From Hypanus sabinus (taxonomy: Eukaryota): a stretch of DNA of 64,000 bases. The stretch is taken from positions 135,036,001-135,100,000 of the forward strand of contig NC_082714.1 in the NCBI RefSeq assembly GCF_030144855.1, given 5' to 3'. The position numbers and the translations under genes were made by a program. Below the pieces are notes generated by a model. That model saw only the letters and a program-made list of their open reading frames with translations. It had not been told where the DNA came from and made no database searches. Below, in pieces: positions 1 through 13,104 of this stretch (the first letter of the stretch is position 1; each line of letters begins with the position of its first letter).

Positions 1-3000
1 ATTTTTCAGATGGAAGTATCGTGTTTGAGTTAATATTTGATAATTAATTAACAGAATATCCTACGATTGTGAAAGCAACTTTCTGAGAAGATGATTGTTG
101 CTCCAAAGGTACCTTTCAATGATTCATATAACATGATTACTCTGAAAAAATGAAATTAAATGAATTAAATGTTCTACCCTGTTTATTTAACTATATTAGG
201 AAATATAGGAATGTATTTAACTAGTTCTGTTTTTGATTTATCCCAATGTTGGAGTTGTTGAGTCTACACCATGGAGAAACACTTTCATAGGTGTTCATCA
301 TTCCAGATGTCTATACTAATGAATACTAAAGCAGCACAATGAACTGATAGACATGAATTAAATGTTAGCTTTTTCCTCTTATGGATGACATTTTGTTCAA
401 TTTGGTATAAAATCTATGAATAAATCCTTTTTATTGGTGCCCATGTTCTGCTTATTGTGTTAGAAAGCTCAAGGTTCATGCCAGATTTATACACTTAAAG
501 AAAATACATCTGATCAGGGTGCTATAGTTGTATTAAACAAAGAAACATGCAAGTGTTGAGGATTTGCTCATCAAAATAACAATGGTTTCTATAAGCAGAC
601 TGTCAAAATGCAGGGAAAATAAATGCTTTCTGCACTGAAAACAGTCTTGCTTTGCCATATTAAATGAAGGGTCTACTTCAACAATCCTTGTTTTGATGAA
701 ACCACACCCTTTCTCCTTGTAGTTGCAATAGAATTCCACCCATCCTCAGGTTCTAGATTTACAGCACATTAACTTGCGTCTTTGCTAAATCTGTTATTAC
801 GGAAGGAAGAGTTGATTTATAGACATGAATTAATATCACAGTGTTAAAGTTGTTGTAATAAAAATGTTGTTTTATTCTATGTTTAATTGATGATAGGTAG
901 CATAATTACGATACAACATTTTTATTCATACATAATTATTCAATCTCTGATACAGTATATGGTATTGAACCAAAAACATCATAAAATAATGCAAAGTATA
1001 TTTAAAAGAACCTTCTAAATACATGAAGATACTTTTCATAAAGTTAGAATAGGAATATATAGTTACTTTCTTAATATTATTAATAATTAATTGGGTCAGT
1101 TTGAAATGTGTACTTTTAAGAGTCATAACAAGTAAATGAAAGTAAATGAATTCCTTTTGGAATTAAGCTAACCTCTTGGCTATTGTAATATAACCTAATG
1201 ATGCAAACACTTTTCTTTCCCACCTTCCTGCATTAGGCCACATTCACCTGTGTTTTGACATAGTGATGTAGCATTGTGCTAACTGGGAACAGAGGATGTG
1301 ATCACAGCAAAGAAAAATCATAAACCTTTCTCACTGCTGATCTCACTCACAAGTTCAAAGATCACTGCAGGAAACATGTACAGGGTGGAAACCATGACAG
1401 TTAAATGCAGCAAATAGAAATCGAAATACTTAGTATACTGTGGTCCGTAATGGGATACCTGCATGCTTTTATTTGCAGTGCTAATTCCAAATTAATCTAA
1501 TTTCATGACACTAATTTTCATTACTATGTGTTTTAATAATTTCTTAAATGCATGCACATGTTATTTCTACTGTTATTTGCTTTTTAGTAATCATTTTGGG
1601 GGGGCTACTGTGTTAAAAATACACAGCATTTTGCTTTAGATTTTTTAAATCTACGATGAGAAATTGAAATTCTTTATTCTAAGTCTGGATATCCTTACAA
1701 TCTGAACATTGTTAGTTTACAACGTCTAATGCAAACATTAAAAATTGAGAAGAGTGCCACGATTTTAAAACAATTTTAATTGTTGATTGTAATGTCATTA
1801 ATTAAATATCACTGCTGTATAAGAAGGACAAAATATTGATTTGTCAACACCCATTCTATATGAATAGGTATTTATTCAAAAACATGTTCACATTCTATCT
1901 TCTTCAGAAATGAGTAGAGGGGTTCAAAATAAAGTATTTCTAAAATCACTTAATCGGCTGATGGTATCCAGTAACTAAGCTATTTACTACTAGACTTTTA
2001 TTTTCAATTTTAGACTAATATGCTATTCCGTGGCATCAGCCCTTTTGATCCATCTCGTAGAGGTACAACATCAAAATGCCATTATTCTGTGCATGGTCAA
2101 TGCACATGGCCAGATCCTCCAGAATTACAGAAACGTCATTGTTAGGACGTGTTAGCGAAAGGCATTGTTGAATCTCCCGAAATCGTGTGTAATTTTATTC
2201 AGCTATATAATGACAAAAGCCATGTGATGTAAAACTTGTGAATATTGTTAACGCGAAAGACAGCTTCCTTATTTAATCAAGTTTCTCGTGTTTAGGCCAA
2301 CAGCATCAAATAAAAAAAAATAATTATAATGAGGTCCTGATTGAATATGAGAACTATTGCACGAATTCTATAATAACAGGTCCATTAACCCCTACGTGGA
2401 AGATCTGCGACCGTTTCACCTGGATGACAAAAATAGATTTTTTGTTCTAAATCAGCTTTAGAGTTAACAACGCGTTATTCTGTATCTATTAAATTCAGCA
2501 AATATTAACAGAATCATAAAATAAATTGTATTTGAGAGCACCTTGAAAGAGACCACAATTACATTTTGGGTTCTGAAGAAGGATGTACTTCTATCCTTCG
2601 TGATGAAGTTTCTCGGTTAAGTATGAAATATACCTGAAAAAGCCCAATAAGAGGTAAAGTATTTTTCATCTACTGCGTGCGAATTTCTCCCGATTGATCT
2701 GTTTCCTTATTTCGTCTGCTGAATGTGAGCGCAACATTATCAAGTGCTTTGCTTGATCAACTTAATTTGAACAGACGGCAACACTCTGCTGGATTGTGAT
2801 TGTTTAAGCAGGTGCTGTACAAAATCTTCTCACTTGCCAATGTAATGTTTACATGTATGGGTTTCCTTATAGGCCATGGACGCCAAATTGCTGCAGCAAA
2901 TCAGAGAATCAGTGCACGTTCTCTGACTGGCTAAAGGTAAATTTGTTTATGGGGAGCCGCGTCCTGCATGATGCCACTGGGCAATCAATGTTCAGCAAAT

Positions 3001-6000
3001 TTCCCCAACTGCTACTCAATTTATTTCTTTTGGCGTTTCAAAGAGATGGAGCAAGAGGCAAAGCACAAGAATATATATATTTTTTCCAAAAAAATAGCAA
3101 TAAAACATAAGATTTCGTGAAACTGTTTAGTCTGGTTTTGGATCAAATCGTTGTTGCCCTGGTCTTATTTAGTCAGAGAAAGATCAGATCTCATCCAAAG
3201 AAGATATTGCACCAATAAATATAAAGGATTCCTTATAGTTTAATTATTCTGCCCAAAGTTTCTAGTAAGCTGCTCACAGAACTTCTAACTAATTCGGAAT
3301 ATTGATCGAAATGTGTTAAGTTTCCCAAGCTCTGATAGGTTTCATGTGTCCTACGTGAATCATATGTGGAAGTAACTAAGTTTATTGAACTTTATCAATA
3401 TAGGAAGCTACGCCGAATTAACGCTAGGACACGCTTGCACTAAGTCACTTTATCGTAATCATATGACGCTCTGAAAACCTAATCATTTCCAAACCTTCAC
3501 AATATTACCTTAGATAAAAGACTTCTCCACGAAAGATGCAGGAATGGGGCCTCCTACCCGAAAACTGGCTTTATCAAAGCCAAATCTCGCCCTGTCCACA
3601 GTGCTTAATAAACAAACTAGATACTGTATTCCTCCTCTTTGAATGAAATCATACATCGCATGTTGAACCTGCTGCTCCTGACAGTGAAAAATACTATTCT
3701 CGCCCATCCAGATGTAAGTCATATTCTTTAATGCAGTTCCTTTCTGATACAATTAACATGCCACTTAACCGCGTGCTTAACAGAGTTTTCAAAATTCTGG
3801 AGTCATATGGGATAATAATGAATACAGTCCTATCTTGACAAGGTGTATAAAAGTAATCTTTGAAGAGAGGCCTTTGTGGTGGGTAGACCAGTACAATGCA
3901 GAGGCAGGAATGCGAGCCTTTCTTACCTGAAACTGACAAGATTTCAACATTTCCCGCGGGAACTCAGGTCGGGTGATTGCCTCAAAATCAGCCTAAAAGC
4001 AACATCCAAACTCCAGTTTGGTCCATGTATATTGCTAAATAATACAGAACTCAAGTTAAAAGTATCTGTGGTCGCACTTGGCCTGTGCCTGTTATGGGGT
4101 GTAGTGACCGATGGCCACAAGGAATGTGGCCCTATTACCATTTTGTTTTGTCCCATGCTGAAGCTGGCCCCCTTTCACGGCTCTCCATTCATTCAAATCA
4201 TCGCTCTCACTCTTTATTGTAAGAGACGGGCTTTCAGGCCTTGAATTGTTCCCTCTTAACAATGAATTCTTTTGTTTAAGTCTTTCTTTTATACTTCACG
4301 ATAATGCCAATGGTACTTCAGGCTCGGGTCTCTGCAAATGTTTGCAAAATTATACATTTATATCTGAAACTCAGAAACGGCACTCTACAACAGACGCCAA
4401 AACATTTAAGCCCAATTTGTTTGCGAAACTGTAAAATGTATCAAAGGACACTGTAGCGAAAGACCATTTCTCATTTGGGCTGGCGGATAGTTAAAATGCG
4501 TTAATAATATGCAACATACATTTTGATTGTTAAAACAATACCTTGTGGAAACAAAGCTAATTGGGATTAAGAAGAATAGGAATAAATTGATATATAAACT
4601 GGACGGTGTGTTCTCTTCCTTCCTGAGAACAATTCTTTCTCGCTTTAATTATATAAGGTGCGATCAGGACAAGCACAGGAAAATCAAACGAATGTAAGGA
4701 AATGGGCAGGCATAAAATCCTTCAAAATCCAGAGAAGGACCCTGCAAAAAATAAAATGAGGTAATCTAATGGCGTGCTATCAAGTTAGTCTGCTGTGAAA
4801 TATGATTTGATTTCAGCTGTAAGTCAAATATGACTTTTGCAAATTCAGGAGAAGTTGTATCTATTTTAGTTGAATTGATGAATGATTTGTCAGGCACATG
4901 TTTCCCGCTGTGATCGTGAACCCGTCACTCGCCAGGAATGTAGGCATGATCTCCCCGGACAGCAACAGCAACAACAAAATCAGTGACCACAGCATCTGAG
5001 CGATTCCCAGGGATGGAGAAATACATAGCATTGTCTTCAGATGCAATGACGGGACAAGTGCTAAGCACACCAATATGAGGCCAGGTCAGATATTTAAAGC
5101 GCGCTTCATAGGGTAAAATTACCATATGGCACAATCAACACGGCCAGGCCTAAATTTTATGCCCCCGCCCCCTCACACACAACTAGTTATGTAAAATATT
5201 AAGCAAGGGGAGGTTAACTATGTATTGTTTCATTTAAAGGAGGTTGGTCTGAGTGACCTATTAAACCAATCAACTGGGTATGGTAAGTTCTTTTCCAGTC
5301 TATTGTAATTGTGTTCACTGCTTCTAGGACAGATACCTTTTCAAGAATCTATATAAGCCCAGTGACACATGAAAGGGAAGTTTTTACTTATCTATACTGA
5401 CATATCACTTTTAAGTATTAATAAGTCAATGATTTCTGCAGGCAAGTTCGGATTCCCGTGGACAAATATTGACGTTTTCTGACCTCATTTTTTAAAAATG
5501 CGATTTTTTTTTCAGATCTATGTGCATAAGCATCTAGAGGTTTAGTTTCCAGGCTGTCACTGTTCACTATGGAACTTATATAAGCAAACGTACCAGGAGT
5601 TAGCACACCTGGTTTGACATTTTAACTCCACAGACGGATAGAGTTTTGAAAATAACTTGTTTACCGTGAGTTGATAAAGCTGCCTTTTTTGGAAATTATT
5701 GTAACATTTTGGTATTGTTTACACTGAAACTGAAATAATTCTACAGTGTGTTGGGATATACGGAGCTTGTCGCTCCGGTTGCATGTGACTACCTATGCTC
5801 ACTCCCATCTTCAAAGGCAGATACCTTCATCGCTTTCTTTAAACTGAACATCTTTCAAAAAAAAATCAAAATAAGCCTACTTGGATTAATATATATGGCA
5901 AAGAGCGGAAGATAAAGATATTGCAGACACTCTTTAAAACTAAATTATACAAACAATCTAAATTAGGAATATTATAAGCTTTGATGTCAGAAAACAATCT

Positions 6001-6908
6001 GCAACCAATGTTTTACATGTTATGATTACTATTGCTTTCCCTGCCATTAGAAATAAAAGTTTACCTGACCACCTTGGTTTTCCTGTTTAAATTATACAAG
6101 ACATGATTTAAATTGCATTGCACAGTCGGAGTGGACAGCAGGTGTATTGGTTTGATGCAACCGCACATCGGAGGTAAGACAATAGAGCTTGCGGAAATAT
6201 GCCGAACTCTTTAGCTAAAGAATTGTTAAAAGATGCATAAAATATCGTGCTGAAGCTTATAGATTCCTTAAAATATTAAAATTGCACTTCCAGCAACCCT
6301 GAGACTCAACCTTACACACTCATTGTTAAATAATTTCCGATTGCAAAAAGAAAACATTGACAATCTATTTTATGGTAATCGTTCGATAAAATAGTTCTAT
6401 ATCTAATATCGTCAAGCTTCAACACATCCTAAATGCCCCCGTGCATTGAAGTTAAGAAGTGTGGTCGGATAGTGGTTAAATTTAACACTGATAAAATATT
6501 TATTATCTAAAACATCTAAATTGTTTTCCGACTTCATTTATGGGCCGTTCTGCTGTAAGGTGTGTCCCTCTTTTTTACTGCAAACAGCTTTACTTCCATG
6601 GATAATTCAATCACCGAAAACAGAACATACACCCTGACAATAAAAATGAATGAACATCAAGTGGTTTTCGCATTTCAAATGATAAGTTCAAGTGAAAATA
6701 TAGTGGGAATGTTTCTAAATTTTATTTATAATAAAATCCCGATTGTAATTTGTCAAAGTTCCCACTGCAGATCCTTACATAACTACCTCAACAATAAGCA
6801 ATGCTTGTATGCAGGCTATTGAAGAATGTCTATGGAGGCGTGCAAAAAGGTTTTTGACCCCCTGATGGTGTTTATTTGCTGCTTAGGCCAGGGAGAGAGC
6901 GAGAGCAA

Positions 6909-6952
6909 GGGGGGGGGGGGGGTTGGAAGGGAGGGGGAGGGGTGGGGTGGGA

Positions 6953-6987
<35 letters not shown>

Positions 6988-7033
6988 GAGAGAGAGAGTG
7001 AGAGAGAGAGAGAGAGAGAGTGAGTGTGTGTGT
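6909..7033 (+). repeat. Poly-G/G-tract array followed by (GA)n and short (GT)n microsatellites
   Basis: G14, then GGGAGGGGGAGGGGTGGGGTGGG, then ~70 nt of GA dinucleotide repeat. Confidence 0.95.
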
Positions 7034-7048
7034 CATTGTAATGCAAAA
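7034..7048 (+). promoter_or_regulatory. Sox-Oct (POU) composite element
   Basis: CATTGTAATGCAAAA is a Sox site directly abutting an octamer-like site, fitting the canonical composite motif. Confidence 0.5.
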
Positions 7049-8879
7049 GGCGCAGCTTCGTTCAGATGGAGATTGAAAGGCCGAGAAGCCGACAATCCGG
7101 GACATCGGCGTATAACGTTCAATTTGTCCCCAGCATTGAATGAATTTGCCAGTAAAATATCAGCTTCTTTTACAGATATGAATCATGAGAAATGAAGAAA
7201 CCTCTCGTCTGAAGGTCGAAGTGACCGCAATCTGCACATGAAGCATATCCAGGCTAGTAACTTTGCTGGTTAATGTAGCGATGCTTGTCTAGCGCATTCT
7301 CAAACATCAGTTTGCGTTTGAGCTATTAATCAAGATTAAAGGTCACTTTATTTTGATCTGTCATAATAGTGTGTGGGGGCTTAGCAACAACAATTTTGCG
7401 GAAATATGTATATTTTTACAAGAGCCGGCCAGAGAAGGTACGGCACGTGGGCCTCTGAGTTCCCTCCGTGTATTAAAAAATTCGTCCCTCGTCTTGCTTA
7501 AAATATTAAAATAGTCGCAAAACTTGAAACGCGCGTGATTCTGCATTGAAAAGCCACAGTTCCTCACTAAATATATTCTGCGTTGTTGAGAAGGAAGCGC
7601 GGCTTCATTGGAGTTCGCTGTTTACGAGATAGGTTGAATTCCTACTAGTACATGTGGCTAGGATGTGCCCGAACAGATTTAGCTGTGTAAATATTAGATA
7701 ATATTTTCATCTATGAATAGCATTAGATTTAAAGTTAAATACAGGCATTTGGAATGTTTTTTTGTTAAAAGAAAGCGCGAGGTAGAATGATCAGAAAAGC
7801 TTCACATATCTCGGTTCTTTGTCTGATTTCTAACAGTGGGTGGTAGGAAAGAGAAAGGAAGAAAATGGCGAGTAGCGGTCGTTTACATTTTCTTCCGGTA
7901 TTTCAATCGATTTTGCCTGCACGCTATTGCGTGTTGTAATAATTGAAGTGCATATTCACTCTTCAGAATATGTGCATTAAATGAATATTTTTATTGGAAA
8001 CATTTAAGTAACATCACAAAAGTCTACGAAAATAATTGATTAGGCAAAGAACAGCCAAGTATCTTTTGGCGCCTTATATAAAATTATTGTAAACTCTATG
8101 ACCAGGCCTGTTTATTTAACCTATTGCTCTATAGGAAACCCGCATTCATATTAAAATCTACCGCCACGTTTTATTGCAAACGGCAAAATGCTTACAATTC
8201 GTAATTGGCTGTACCTTATACTCAAACATATTTGTTTGCCCATACATTGTATTTATATATTTCAAAAAGACAAGCTGTATAGAAAGGCTTGCACGTCAGA
8301 ATTGGTGGAATTAAATATTTTTACATAAATAATGTATCATTAACTGCTGTTCTTTTTTAAGATGCAGTTTAGATATTTTTCATTATACACCGATTAATAT
8401 ATTAAGTTTTCGGCTGCCTAAGTGTATACCACAATTTGAAAAAGCGTAATCCTAGAATAGGATTATCCCTGTTATCCCAAATTCGTTCCTAAGTGGTTAA
8501 ATAGCAGAGAAATACATTCAAAGCTATATGTTGTAATCTATTCGTAACTTAGAAGACAGTGCGGTTCATTTAAAATGAACTAGTTGAATGGTATATAAAT
8601 GTATTATATAGTGGTTTGATTCAGCTAGGCTTATTAGGCTTTCAATCATAAATTGTTTTACTTAACTGCAGTTTGCATCCTCTAATTTAGCCTAAACACT
8701 TCATGCTTTCGATTCATATAAACGATTAATGCATCCCTCTGCAACCAATATGTTTCGATGTACGTTAGAGGTCCCACTTGATTTCATAGCCATCAGAAAT
8801 TCAGCACTGTCAGAGATGCGTTTGGATTAAGTAACAATGAGGTCACCCTCACAGGTTTAAAAAAAAAGTGCTGATTCGT

Positions 8880-8900
8880 TTCAACACCATGGACAGCGAT
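8880..8900 (+). promoter_or_regulatory. RE1/NRSE (REST-binding) element
   Basis: TTCAACACCATGGACAGCGAT versus consensus TTCAGCACCnnGGACAGCGCC. The 2-nt spacer is canonical, the GGACAG half is perfect, and there is one core mismatch. It lies ~1.6 kb upstream of miR-124. Confidence 0.75.
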
Positions 8901-9435
8901 CTATCCGCTCCAAACTGTTAGTAAGTCATTTATCGCTCGCCGCCTCGCTCTAGCTTTAACAACGAACAATTATGAAATATTAATTTCTCTTAATACTTCT
9001 AATCATTGAAGTTAATCTAAAGTCAAAGAATCTATACGTGGACAATGCTGAGTATTGTGAATGCACAACCCCAGGGTTACATGTTCAGTATATGAGACTA
9101 ATGAGTAATGCCTTATATATGTAATCGTGAAATGTTTAAGACAAAGAGTGGGTAGATGGTATTTTTTTTAATCAAAATACGTAGTGGAAATTGTTGTTTT
9201 CCAAAACTTCAGTCGTCCGCTATTGTATCAAATGTGAACTGTTTATTTATAAACTGAAATGGGCCTATGGTGAGACCAGAACTACTTTGCAGGACGGGGG
9301 TTTACTGATCCAGCAATACGTCAATTGAAAGAAACTGTTTACAAGATAGCATTCGTTTAGAATTTCACTCCTTTAGTTTCAAGGACATCCTGCTGATCAG
9401 GATTTGGTTAATGGAGGAGAACTTCTGTCCCACGA

Positions 9436-9543
9436 ATGACGTCATGGGTCCAATGTAATCCTCTTGTGCTGAACCCAATCAGCAGATGTGCCGCTTGTCT
9501 GGATGGAGAGCGATTAATCCGTTAGACTGGATCAGATCAGCTG
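9436..9543 (+). promoter_or_regulatory. Putative pri-miR-124 promoter/proximal enhancer cluster
   Basis: Palindromic CRE ATGACGTCAT (9436-9445), TAATCC (9456-9461 and 9515-9520), CCAATCAG (from 9475), and E-boxes CAGATG (9483-9488) and CAGCTG (9538-9543), all in CpG-dense sequence ~1 kb upstream of the hairpin. Confidence 0.5.
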
Positions 9544-10065
9544 CACGCTAGGACTGGACCAAACTGCCTCTAGTCCGATAAAGAGACCGGATAAATTGTA
9601 GAAGCTTTGTCGCCTCTTTAACACTCTGGGATGGAGGAGAGGAAGAGGAACGTTGTTCAGCTGATCGCAGCTCTAACTGTTATCTGCGATTCCTTCTCGT
9701 CGATATTATATAACGAGATGATCACGAAAACAGAGAATACCGAGAGATCAATCGTATTTTTCTCTTCACACCGCGCTCTTCGAATGAAGCAAAAAAAAAC
9801 GCAAACGTATTTGGAGTTCGTTAACAATGGATGTGTCAGGGACATTTTCTTCTGACGCAGGGGCTATCCGACAATGGAACCGGTAAATCTGCTAAAGGCT
9901 AGAGGTGCTGTACACAGTAATTATGGGTTTAGGTGGAATAATGATGTACAATGTCCTGGCTACACTGTAATTTGGGAAGAAAAGAAGGATTTTGCAATCG
10001 ATCTTAAAAGGCTGCTCTTGACCATGGAGATGAACTGGAAACAAGAGCAAAAAAGCAATATTCTT

Positions 10066-10221
10066 NNNNNNNNNNNNNNNNNNNNNNNNNNNNNNNNNNN
10101 NNNNNNNNNNNNNNNNNNNNNNNNNNNNNNNNNNNNNNNNNNNNNNNNNNNNNNNNNNNNNNNNNNNNNNNNNNNNNNNNNNNNNNNNNNNNNNNNNNNN
10201 NNNNNNNNNNNNNNNNNNNNN
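10066..10221. other. Assembly gap (156 N)
   Basis: Run of N. Confidence 1.
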
Positions 10222-10451
10222 TAACTTTCTTTAGCAACGGCGAGGGTGGGGGCGAAGGGCACGGAAATACGATAACGAACAATGAAGGTTATGTTGGTTT
10301 ATGTTATATATATATATATATATTTGTATCCAGCCACTTCGTCACTATGGTTGTTTATAAGAAATAAGAATCTGGATTTCTTAGCTATTAACATGCAACG
10401 TTTAGTTTGGCACTTACAGTCTAAAGGAGAGTTTATGCTATTTGGTGATAC

Positions 10452-10545
10452 TGACTCTTGCTCTCCGTGTTCACAGCGGACCTTGATTTAATGTCCATAC
10501 AATTAAGGCACGCGGTGAATGCCAAGAGAGGGGCCGTCAAACTTC
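10452..10545 (+). ncRNA. MIR124: miR-124 precursor, probable miR-124-3 orthologue; 5p arm 10466-10487, mature 3p arm 10504-10525
   Basis: Exact miR-124-5p CGTGTTCACAGCGGACCTTGAT and miR-124-3p TAAGGCACGCGGTGAATGCCAA, with loop TTAATGTCCATACAAT. A basal UG lies at -14/-13 (10452-10453) and a CNNC (CTTC, 10542-10545) at +17. The paralogue assignment rests on synteny with YTHDF1. Confidence 0.98.
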
Positions 10546-13104
10546 AGTTCTAATTTAATTGGACGCAACAGCCTGTTAAGCAACACAACATCACTAATTT
10601 ACGCTTATTTAATCAAATAGGGCATGTCTTTTTAAACTAATTTTTAAAAAGGTGCTTTAGTAACACCAATATTGAAAGCATAGTTTCAGGCTATGTATAC
10701 CCTTAAAATGTGAAATAAATACAGCAGAATATGTAATAGATTTAGTCAATTACATGCAGAGATTTATCGGAGACGTAAGACACAGAGAGTGAAATAGTTT
10801 ATAGTTGTGTGATTTGTTAATTCCTTTTAAAGACCGGCTTTTTTTTCCTGATCTGTATCACATTGTATCTGTACGTGCCCGGCTGTTGTAAATAGAAAAG
10901 CTTGGTAGATCATGTACTTAATTCATTTTCCGCTAGATTAGCCGAGTTCTCTTCTGTATTTCTTAAATCCCTACTATTAAATAACATGTGTTTCACAAAA
11001 ATACTCTGGTTTCAGCAGTTGAAATTATTTTGTGTTCGTATGTGTCTCGATAATGTTCCAAAGAGCCAGAAGCAGAATGGACGCTATTCACTTATCTGAG
11101 CCCCAGGTTAATGCCAATCGTCCTTCATTGCTCAATGTCATTTGATAATAAAATAATGTCATGAAATGCTGTAGGGTTCTGAATAACAGATTTTGATGGG
11201 AGCATAGTACCAGCGGAACCTCGTGCCAGTAATGTTCAAAACTAATATCTTGTTCAGAAAAAAATTACAAAATTACAGATTTTCAAATTGTTAAGTCTTA
11301 TTCCTTTAACAAAACGTCCCTAATCTAGTTTTGATTAAATCACATTAATTTCTTCAGTCTTTCCTCTGGGACTGTTAAAAATAGAGTGTTCGCAGTTGTC
11401 AAAATGCAATCGCACATATTACAAGATTTCATTTTAAGCGGATTATTTAAGAGATACAGAAATGAGCGATATGATAATTGCCATCTGTGATGGTAAAATT
11501 GAGGATTTTGTTTAATACGTCAGTATTTTTTATGAGCTGTTTCGCGCTAACCTAGAATTCAACAAAACAACCTGGACTTGATCCGGGTTGAAAAATTTAT
11601 CATATACTTTGCTCCTTCTGACTTGCAGAATAGAGTTAGTTTAAAGTGTGTTAATGTGCTCTCGTTGTAGGGGTGTTGCTTGTTTGTTTATTAAAAAGGT
11701 GTACATATTGTCCTCTTTAAAGTATTAGTTAAAACCGAGTTACTGAAACAAGGTTTAACACCATCTATTCGTACAAAGCAGTATAACACATATTCACTAA
11801 TTTTAACAAATCGATCCAGTGATATATAATTGCCAGCTGATTCACATCATTATAGGTGAGATCGCCACCAAATCATGCGGTTGGTTTTAAAAACGAGATC
11901 GATAGGAATTAATTCAAAATCATATTGTTTTGATTGGGGCCGTTTCCGTGTTGTATCTTCATATTGTGAAAAGCATTTCTAGTGATTCAAAGTGTTCTCA
12001 AGTCTTTAGTGCAGTACTGCGTACCACTTCGGTAAGTATAAAAGGGCTCGAAAGGACAGGGTTCTCTATTCCGCTGTGTGAGACACGCCTGGAATTGGTG
12101 CGAAATTGTAGCATTGCGTTGTAAAATGTACAATTGTTGCGGGATATACATCTAATAGAATGTAAATTGTGTTTTGTATGTGTGCAGATGGAGGACATCA
12201 ACGAACAGGACGCACAAGAGTGCGAATTGAATGGTCTTGGATACTGGACCAATGCAAAAAGAAAATAAGAAAACGAGCAATAGTATTAGATCCCCTTAAA
12301 GATTCCGAATATGACATTTTGGCATGATTTTTATTCTTACAGTTTCATTTGTCAAATCTTGGATGTTCGTGATCTTCTCCTCTGTCTGTTGGTTAATAAA
12401 ACCAAAGTATGCCAATATAATCAATTAACCACGTGATTGTTGGCTATTGGTGGAAATAAATGGCTGTTTTCTTTTATGGTCTATGCTATTAACAAAACGG
12501 TTCCTTCGAAGGAGGCTTCTTTATCGTAATTATACGATATACCTAAACAGAATTTGTCGCAAAATCTCCATGTCAATTTTATCCGGAAGAGACTGCATGC
12601 GGCTTTTCGAGATTGCGCTGCTGTCCCCACTGCACGAACTGGGATAATGCGGTAGAGAATTGGCGAGCAGTCTGACTGCAGTGCCGGGTGTCAACAGAGC
12701 GCCCCCTTCAAGCTTGCACCCCAACTTAACGAGCCTGGAAAGTCCAACGATTGGAACCAAGATTTTTATGCTTATCTTTTTGCTAATGATATTTACGATT
12801 TAAAACATACAGTCTCCCAAATAATGCAAACATATGCTGGTGTAAAGGAAACAAGTTCAGCTTCAAATAGTCCCTAGACAACACAGAATTTCATAAAATA
12901 CGTCCTTGTATATTTTTTCCGCAGCTGTAAATGTCGCATTCAATGTGTAAAGCTGGCAATCCTGAAAACATCTCAGAATGGGCTGAAAGGTTCAGATTAT
13001 TTTTTTTCGTTTTAGGAGAGGTTGATTAGCCTTAACCAAAACAATTCTGCTTTTCTGAGTTTACAATCTCGCATTCTTCTGAGCAACTTTACATATTAAT
13101 GGCA

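Noticed and set aside
6816-7195. Overlapping ORFs with ER/SL repeats
   Set aside because: These are translations of the (GA)n microsatellite and G tracts.
1-10000. HAR1 homologue expected from human synteny
   Set aside because: No recognisable match by eye. In human it lies much further upstream of MIR124-3, so it is likely outside the window.
9874-10491. ORFs spanning the N gap or overlapping the miR-124 5p arm
   Set aside because: They are artefacts of the gap or low-complexity sequence, with no homology or coding signature.
12615-12640. Additional RE1-like sites here and at ~4946-4966
   Set aside because: Only the GGACAG half matches and the left half is too divergent.
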